Assembly (NCBI GenBank): GCA_039028555.1
Contig: JBCCHW010000001.1
Coordinates: 10,589-74,588 of the forward strand
Direction of reading: 5' to 3'
Source: Pseudomonadota bacterium
Lineage (GTDB): Bacteria; Pseudomonadota; Alphaproteobacteria; Rhodobacterales; Rhodobacteraceae
Length of the DNA: 64,000 nt
This document shows positions 57,941 to 64,000 of this stretch, piece after piece. Made by a program: the position numbers and the translations under genes. Positions within the stretch are counted from its first letter, which is position 1. Each line of letters opens with the position of its first letter. The notes beneath the pieces were generated by a model. It was not told where the DNA came from. It searched no databases and saw only the letters and a list, made by a program, of their open reading frames with translations.

Positions 57941-57980
57941 TTCCGAGCGAAACAGTCGGGAATCCTTGTAAAAAGTCAAG
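57941..57980 (-). promoter_or_regulatory. Tandem Iron-Rhodo/IRO-like boxes over the DUF4856 promoter
   Basis: Minus strand: TTGACTTTTTACAAGG (half site containing a TTGACT -35) and CCGACTGTTTCGCTCGG, with centres 20 bp apart. Confidence 0.6.
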
Positions 57981-58264
57981 CGTGAATGAGGGTTTTGCTC
58001 AATATTGTTATCGGCGCCGCCAATGTGCTCAACGGCTCGGTCTGCTCCAAAGAAGTGATCTTCTCGAAGCAAGGCAATGGCGGTTTCGGTTTGAACTTTA
58101 AAAACACAGCTCATCGCGATGCCGCGGCATGATCGGGATGGCGCCGGTTGATGAGTTCGCGCCCATGCTGAACAGTTCAAGTGATAATTAACTTTTGCTC
58201 CGGGCTGCCGGCGCATATGCAGCTTGGAGATAACGTGTCACAGCAGCGCTCATGAGTGTATCAG

Positions 58265-58519
58265 ATGGGAAAAAGAATTCCTTCGCCCTGTATCGATGTC
58301 TGCAAGTTCCGCCGCGGAGGCCATTGCATCGGTTGTTCGATGACGAACGCTCAGAAGAAGCTCTTCAAAGCGATCAAAGAGCCCAAGCATCAGGAAGCGT
58401 TTCTGCAGCTGCTGGTGCATCAGCAATCGAGCATGGGGCGCTATACACACTGGACGATCGCCTACGCAAAAAAGCTTAAGAAAAAAGGCGTGAAGGTCAG
58501 CGTTCAATTCATCAACTGA
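58265..58519 (+). CDS. DUF1289 family Cys-rich small protein
   Basis: PSPCIDVCKF...HCIGCSMT; GGAG RBS-like sites upstream. Confidence 0.85.
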   Translation: MGKRIPSPCIDVCKFRRGGHCIGCSMTNAQKKLFKAIKEPKHQEAFLQLLVHQQSSMGRYTHWTIAYAKKLKKKGVKVSVQFIN

Positions 58520-58678
58520 GCTACCGACGCAGGACAAGCATCAACCAAATTCCATGATGCGCGTTCTGCGGATTGGTCGCAGCGACGAGGCGATGAACTG
58601 GATGCAATTGCGGGCATGTTCTCAGTGCAATATGTCAATTCTCTCCTGTGGACCCGGTTGCTCTGGAAGCATCCATCG

Positions 58679-58705
58679 TTGACTATTTCACTCAGATTTT
58701 GTCAA
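58679..58705 (-). promoter_or_regulatory. Iron-Rhodo/IRO-like box with adjacent TTGACA
   Basis: TGACTATTTCACTCA (TGA-N9-TCA, 58680-58694); minus-strand TTGACA at 58700-58705. Confidence 0.6.
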
Positions 58706-58945
58706 TTGATCGAGTTGATTGAGGCTTCAATCGGCGCTTCGTCGGGTTTGTACGCACTCTGAGTTCCCGACTGCTGACGTGCGAAGATGTGTAAAATGGG
58801 GATGGCAGAACATGGGCGTTTCAGCGGCAGGGAAACCTCTTAAGCTTTCGTCATGCTCGGCTGAGATTGGCAGTATTCGGGAGGGTTCGGAGCGTCGTCA
58901 GACGCGATTTCCACGAATGTGCCTGCGCAGAGAACCCGCTCGCCA

Positions 58946-60271
58946 ATGACAGATAACGCTGCAAGTCGTGATGCTCAAAGCGTTCCGGATCCGGAGACCC
59001 CGGCCACGCGGAATGCAAAGGTAAAGTGGAACTATGAAATCTTCATCGTTCAGGGGATTGTGGCCAACGCGGCGAAACGGATCGGCAGTGCAAGGCTATT
59101 GCTGCCATACCTTTACGTCGCAACAGGTGCGCCCGTCTTTCTAGCAGGAGCGTTGATGCCTATCGTGTCGGCTTCGCGACTGATCGGACAGTTTATCGCC
59201 GCGCCCGTCATTAGCGCGTCCCATACCAGAAAGTGGTTCTTGTTCGCAGGCTGGATGGCCACGGCGCTGGCGCTCGCCGCGGCTGCACTGAGCGCCAGTC
59301 TGGCAATACATTGGTTGGTGGCGATCATCTTTGTTCTGGCGTCTCTGGCGATGGGCCTGGCCAAGGGGGTCAATGCTCTCGCGTTCAATGACCTTATCGC
59401 CCGCAACATTGACAAGTCGCGCCGGAACTCCGGCATTTTTTTTATGTCCGCCGCCGCCGGCGTGGTGACGATCACGATTACCTGGGCCACGCATCGGTTG
59501 TCATCAGGGTCCGAAGAAATCGATCACTATGTCAATCTTGCGTTGAGCGCGGCATTTGTCACCGCGGTCGCGGCCTGCATCATACTGTTGTTCCGTGAAA
59601 AGAGCCTGTCGCCAGAGGAGCGGACGGATACACCTGCAGGAAACGATTCCAGCACTGGTATCACGGCACGTCTTGCCGATGGGCTGCCAAAGCTCCGCGA
59701 AGTCCTGAAGTTTCCGTGGTTCCGGCGCTATCTAGTGATGCGTGCGCTTACATCGACGGTAATCGTCGCCATGCCATTTTATGCGGTCCACGGGGCGACC
59801 CATCATGCCAACAAACATGCCGGAGCCCTGAGTGCATTCGTAATCGCAACAAGCGTTGCCGTTATCGTCTGCGGGCCATTCTGGAAATGGTTGGGGGAGA
59901 AGTCGCAGCGGTATTCCACGGCATTAGGGTCGGCCATTGTCGGTCTTGCGGGGGTCTGGGCAATTGTGATCGATAAGACCCCTGACCTGCAAACCGTTGC
60001 GACCCACGCTTTGGTTTTCGGTCTTGCGGCGGCCGGGATTCAGGCCGTGAACGGGTCTCGGATGCTGTTCTTGATCGAGGCCGCACCAAAGGATGAGCTC
60101 ACCTATTTTGTTGCAGTCAGCAACACGGTAAGCGCGATACTTGCGCTGATCATCGCGAGTTTTTTCGGTTATATTGCGCAGATTCACGGGGTTATCTGGC
60201 CAGTTGTTCTGGTATCCGCTCTTAACTTTATCACGGCGTTTCATGCGTTGACCCTTCACAAACCCTCCTGA
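58946..60271 (+). CDS. MFS-type transporter
   Basis: About 12 hydrophobic segments in two halves with a central hydrophilic loop. Confidence 0.8.
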   Translation: MTDNAASRDAQSVPDPETPATRNAKVKWNYEIFIVQGIVANAAKRIGSARLLLPYLYVATGAPVFLAGALMPIVSASRLIGQFIAAPVISASHTRKWFLFAGWMATALALAAAALSASLAIHWLVAIIFVLASLAMGLAKGVNALAFNDLIARNIDKSRRNSGIFFMSAAAGVVTITITWATHRLSSGSEEIDHYVNLALSAAFVTAVAACIILLFREKSLSPEERTDTPAGNDSSTGITARLADGLPKLREVLKFPWFRRYLVMRALTSTVIVAMPFYAVHGATHHANKHAGALSAFVIATSVAVIVCGPFWKWLGEKSQRYSTALGSAIVGLAGVWAIVIDKTPDLQTVATHALVFGLAAAGIQAVNGSRMLFLIEAAPKDELTYFVAVSNTVSAILALIIASFFGYIAQIHGVIWPVVLVSALNFITAFHALTLHKPS

Positions 60272-60507
60272 TCGAACGAGCGAGTATGATGGTGTCTTGC
60301 AAAGAACTGGTCGCTTCGGGGAAGATCATGCTTGGCGCTGCGACTTTCATCGCCCGGAATTCACTCACTTCTGACCCTGCAATGGACGGCGTAACAATAC
60401 GGATACGGCGCCACGGCAGATGGTCGCCGTGCCCTGGCTTTCGCATGGAGAACTCGTATTCGCATCACCTTTTTAGGCGCGACTAGCCGCACAGGGACCA
60501 GCGTTTG

Positions 60508-61551
60508 ATGGACGAATTCGACCCGAAAGTTCAGCAGTTTCTGCGCTCGTATGAGCATCAATACGATGCCTTCAAGGCGGAAGCCGATCGCGCTCAAGAA
60601 CTTGTCGAGCATATCATCGGTCACCGCGGCGGGCTTCTTCATACGATTTCCGCCCGCGCGAAAACGCCCAAGTCTTTGAGGGGCAAGCTTCGGCGCAAGG
60701 ACTATAGCAAACCTGCCAGTGAGATCACTGATCTGATCGGCGTCCGGGTGATAACTTTTTATCATGACGATGTTCACTCGATCGCGGGGCGATTGCGAAA
60801 TCAGCTTGAGATCAACGAAGTCGACAGCATCGACAAGCGCGTACAGCTCGGGTTACGGGAATTCGGCTATCGCTCGGTTCAGTTGATCGCACGGCCCAAG
60901 GCTGAGGATATCGTTAGCCGAGGCTTTCAATTGCTGAACGATCATTGGTTCGAAATTCAGGTGCGCAGCATTCTCGAACATGCCTGGGCCGAGATCGAAC
61001 ATGAGGTCGTTTACAAGTCCAAAGTCGAGTATCCAGAAGAGATCGTTCGAAGGTTTGCATCGCTCGCAGGTACAATCGAACTTTTGGACGACGAGTTCCT
61101 GGATCTGCGAGATCAACGCAGCGAGCTGATAGACAAGTATCGAATTTTCTATAAAAAAAACAAAACAGACGCGAAACATTTCGATGTTGCCCGGCTGCTG
61201 GGTTTCCTCGAAGCGACACGGCCAAAGGGGCTGAGCTGGCGGCGGGCTGAGGCGGATCGCACACCCTTTCAACCTGGCCTTGATACATCCTGTGTCGATG
61301 CGCTTCGCGCCGTTGGCCTGGATCGTCCACGATCCTTGAGCGCCGTCTTTCGGTCTTGGAAGTACCGCAACGCCGCATCTGCCTTTGCGGCGTCAAGGGG
61401 TATCGCGCCGAAAGAGATCTCCCACCTCGCGTCTGTGGTCATCGCCCTGGTTGTAACAGATCCAGTCGTGGTTAAACGGTTCTTTCCCGAAGTGGTCTTT
61501 GACCCCGTGATCGAGAAAATGATCGCAGCACGCATTGCGAAACAGCGTTGA
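60508..61551 (+). CDS. RelA/SpoT synthetase-domain protein (small alarmone synthetase-like) with C-terminal extension
   Basis: RAKTPKSLRGK, DLIGVRV, GYRSV and EIQVRSILEHAWAEIEHEVVYK; no HD hydrolase, TGS or ACT domains recognisable. Confidence 0.9.
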   Translation: MDEFDPKVQQFLRSYEHQYDAFKAEADRAQELVEHIIGHRGGLLHTISARAKTPKSLRGKLRRKDYSKPASEITDLIGVRVITFYHDDVHSIAGRLRNQLEINEVDSIDKRVQLGLREFGYRSVQLIARPKAEDIVSRGFQLLNDHWFEIQVRSILEHAWAEIEHEVVYKSKVEYPEEIVRRFASLAGTIELLDDEFLDLRDQRSELIDKYRIFYKKNKTDAKHFDVARLLGFLEATRPKGLSWRRAEADRTPFQPGLDTSCVDALRAVGLDRPRSLSAVFRSWKYRNAASAFAASRGIAPKEISHLASVVIALVVTDPVVVKRFFPEVVFDPVIEKMIAARIAKQR

Positions 61552-61606
61552 TATTAAAGGCGGTGACGGTTTGCAAAGACGGGTGCGGACCCGTCATTGC
61601 AAAGAC

Positions 61607-63394
61607 TCATGGGCGCCCCTGTTGACTTTCGCCTGCGCTAGCGCTGCCAGGATAAATACAAAGATCACCACTGTCATACAATTGCGCCAACGAACCGATG
61701 CGGTTATCAGCACCGATTGAAAAGTCGGATTGGGAACCGCCTCCCAGGACGTTCAGGATGTTTCCAGCAGAAATCGCATTCGCACCGTTTTCAGCGGCGG
61801 CGAGAACCCGTTGCCAAAGATCAAGCTGTCCGTGATCATGTTTCTTGCCGGGAACACATTTCGCGCGGTCGGTCGATGACATGCTCAGCCGGTTGATGGT
61901 GGATGGCTCTCCGGGCTCGCACCGGCCGGCGGTCTTAGACATCTCGATAATCTGCATCATTCCGGCATCTTCATGTTCGCCGATATGGCAGTGATAGACC
62001 GCTTTGCCTTCGATGACTGGATCCAGATAGGGGATCCGCACCACGATTGATCCATGTGGATCTTCGGCCGTGGGGCAGGTGCAGTTGTAACAGTTCCCCT
62101 GATCATCGCATTGACAGCGGTTCGGATGATCTTTGTCCGCCGATCGGTAAGGCACCGTCACGGTATCTTGCCAACCGGTGAACGGGACTTCTTTGCCGTT
62201 CATTTTGACGACCTGAAACTGCAACTGGTGATGGTGAAAATTGTGGTTCTCACCGGTGCAGTTGTTGATCGTCCATTCCTCGACGCAGCCGATCCTGACG
62301 GTCGTGTTGACGATGTTCATATCGGTGCCGACATTATTGATACAGAACGTGTTGCCATCACTCGTCTCAGAAAAATCGTAGGTTCTGCCACAGCAGATCT
62401 CAGCGTCTCTCAAATCGGTAAGTTGCGGGAACTCGTTGGGGACTTCCATGCCGGTTACCGGTTCGCCCGATACGACCAGCGTGCCAAGGACGGTTTCTGG
62501 GTGGGGGTCGCCGGCAGGCCCCATATCGATCTCCCTGGTCCGGAAGATGTACTCACCCGGCTGACCCCCAACGACCAGAAATTCGGTGCGGGAGCTCGTC
62601 GGCAGCAGCAAGTGTTCAAAAACGGTGGGTTGATTGTTTCGAATGCCATCGCGGGCAAGCTCAAAGATCTGATGCCCTTCGATCTCGAGATCATAAAAGA
62701 TATCCGCGCCGATATTGCCAACCCGCCAAAACTGGATTTCGCCGGGCCGGATCGGTATCGATGGATTGACCAGACCATTGATCATCCGCATCGTCGGGTT
62801 TCCGGGGTCCGGCGGGTTAGGCACCTTGCCTTTGTCGATCTGGATATCGCGCAGGATCATGTATCGCGTCTTGATATCCTTAAGTTCCGGCCAGGGGTCC
62901 AGAACGCCATCGACACTGATCAGACCCGAAAGACCGCTGCCGATCTGATACTCGGTCGTGCCATGCCAATGAGGATGATACCAGAACAAGCCCTGCGGGT
63001 GATCCTTTGGGAAGTCGACGGTGTATTCATAGGACTCACCGGGATCGATCCGAATGAAAACGCTGTCTGCTGGCTTCTTTGGCGAGACGTTGGTCCCGTG
63101 GTAGTGAACATTTGTCGGATCATCGTCGCGCTGGTTGGTGAGTTTCAGCTTGAGCTGATCGCCAGGATTGAGGTGCAGCGTAGGCGGTGCGAATAGGCCA
63201 TTGTAGAGCAAGGTGGTGACTTCCTTGCCGTCGAGAGTGATTTTCGTTGGAGCGACCACAAATTCTGCCTCCAGAACGCCATTTTCGCTCTTGAGCGCCG
63301 GGGGATCTTTGTATTCAGGGCGATCGGACGCGTTCTGCGCAAACGCAATCGATGAGCAACAAGCCAATGCGCCAAGGAACAAGATTTGTTTCAT
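61607..63394 (-). CDS. Multicopper oxidase, Sec-type signal, Cys-rich
   Basis: HYHG, WYHPH, HNFHHH and HCHIGEHEDAGMM; signal MKQILFLGALACCSSIAFA; GGAGG RBS. Confidence 0.9.
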   Translation of the reverse strand: MKQILFLGALACCSSIAFAQNASDRPEYKDPPALKSENGVLEAEFVVAPTKITLDGKEVTTLLYNGLFAPPTLHLNPGDQLKLKLTNQRDDDPTNVHYHGTNVSPKKPADSVFIRIDPGESYEYTVDFPKDHPQGLFWYHPHWHGTTEYQIGSGLSGLISVDGVLDPWPELKDIKTRYMILRDIQIDKGKVPNPPDPGNPTMRMINGLVNPSIPIRPGEIQFWRVGNIGADIFYDLEIEGHQIFELARDGIRNNQPTVFEHLLLPTSSRTEFLVVGGQPGEYIFRTREIDMGPAGDPHPETVLGTLVVSGEPVTGMEVPNEFPQLTDLRDAEICCGRTYDFSETSDGNTFCINNVGTDMNIVNTTVRIGCVEEWTINNCTGENHNFHHHQLQFQVVKMNGKEVPFTGWQDTVTVPYRSADKDHPNRCQCDDQGNCYNCTCPTAEDPHGSIVVRIPYLDPVIEGKAVYHCHIGEHEDAGMMQIIEMSKTAGRCEPGEPSTINRLSMSSTDRAKCVPGKKHDHGQLDLWQRVLAAAENGANAISAGNILNVLGGGSQSDFSIGADNRIGSLAQLYDSGDLCIYPGSASAGESQQGRP

Positions 63395-63465
63395 TTGAAC
63401 CTCCGAAACATCCGACCAGTCTCAAGCGCGCCCTGAAGCAAATGCTGGCGACAATCGACGCGTTC

Positions 63466-63494
63466 AGGCTAGTAAAGATGACTATTTTAGTCAA
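63466..63494 (-). promoter_or_regulatory. Sigma70 promoter with a perfect Iron-Rhodo/IRO-like palindrome over the -35
   Basis: Minus-strand TTGACT-N17-TAGCCT; perfect palindrome TGACTA-TTT-TAGTCA at 63479-63493. Confidence 0.75.
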
Positions 63495-63534
63495 GATTCA
63501 GTCAGATTTTCAGAGATCCTAGGTAAATTGAGGA

Positions 63535-64000
63535 TCAGAAGTCGATCGACGCTTCAAAGCCCAAAACAAGCGCGTCCTGGATGCCACCCCCGTTGGGATT
63601 GAGAACATATTGTATGTCTGGGGTGATGTAAGTTGAGGGGGCGACTTGCACGCGATAGTTGAGTTCGAAGACCACCTCGCTGTTCTGACCCGGGAGATCG
63701 TCGCTGAACAAACCATAATAGACACCAAATGCGGTGACATCGTCGTCGCGACCGTCAATCAAGCCCTTGTAATTTGCGCCGGCAAACACGCCGACTGGAA
63801 GAGTATTGATGTCATCTTCAGGGGAGAATGTGACGGACGCCCATGCGGTCAACCCCTCATCGCTACCGGCAGCGCCTTCGCGATAGACCATCTGTTCGGC
63901 AATTCCGTAAAACCCGTAGTTTCCATCCTCGTTCACATTGGGATCAGAGAATTTCTCATAGTCGCTGCTGTCATAGATGGCGCCCAGCACATAGCGCCCG
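63535..64000 (-). CDS. OprB-like (carbohydrate-selective) porin, C-terminal part; 5' end outside window
   Basis: GFYGIAEQMVYRE, GLIDGRDDDVTAFG, EVVFELNY, ITPDIQYVLNP and terminal Phe. Confidence 0.88.
   Translation of the reverse strand, partial: GRYVLGAIYDSSDYEKFSDPNVNEDGNYGFYGIAEQMVYREGAAGSDEGLTAWASVTFSPEDDINTLPVGVFAGANYKGLIDGRDDDVTAFGVYYGLFSDDLPGQNSEVVFELNYRVQVAPSTYITPDIQYVLNPNGGGIQDALVLGFEASIDF

Noticed and set aside
57917-58216. Small ORFs between DUF4856 and DUF1289 (99 aa minus; 48 aa plus from 57986)
   Set aside because: No clear RBS or family motif, and they overlap or abut the promoter/operator region.

Overview
A GC-rich alphaproteobacterial chromosome segment, most likely Rhodobacterales. 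Supporting this are a tRNA-His lacking G-1 with an A73 discriminator, a GTTC-N7-GTTC LexA box and Iron-Rhodo-type boxes. About 62 CDS and one tRNA are recognisable. The left part is a mosaic of redox and catabolic genes: an HxlR-linked oxidoreductase cluster, an SH3b-bearing adenylate cyclase, leaderless SOS-controlled mmcB and an atypical SHMT-family enzyme. It continues with a degenerate histidine kinase, the DUF4170-DUF374-waaA-lpxK lipid A operon and a Zur-boxed DUF1826-DUF6525-COG0523 operon. Next come an amino-sugar glycosylation trio, a CueO-like oxidase and an unexplained decarboxylase-like/sulfotransferase-like/FrhB-like cluster. The middle holds a hexuronate (uxaC-uxuA-uxuB) operon with a TTT transporter, a choline-kinase-like/GcvT-like pair and a second TTT system. 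The most interesting part is the more AT-rich 55-64 kb end. Related TGA-N9-TCA iron-type operators there precede a DUF4856 plus membrane di-iron desaturase-fold operon, an orphan promoter and a Cys-rich multicopper oxidase, suggesting an uncharacterised iron-acquisition module. A stand-alone RelA/SpoT-domain protein with an extra C-terminal domain (possible fused toxSAS) sits in the same stretch. No CRISPR array, rRNA, integrase, reverse transcriptase or intact transposase was seen. All family calls come from motif recognition by eye, not database searches.
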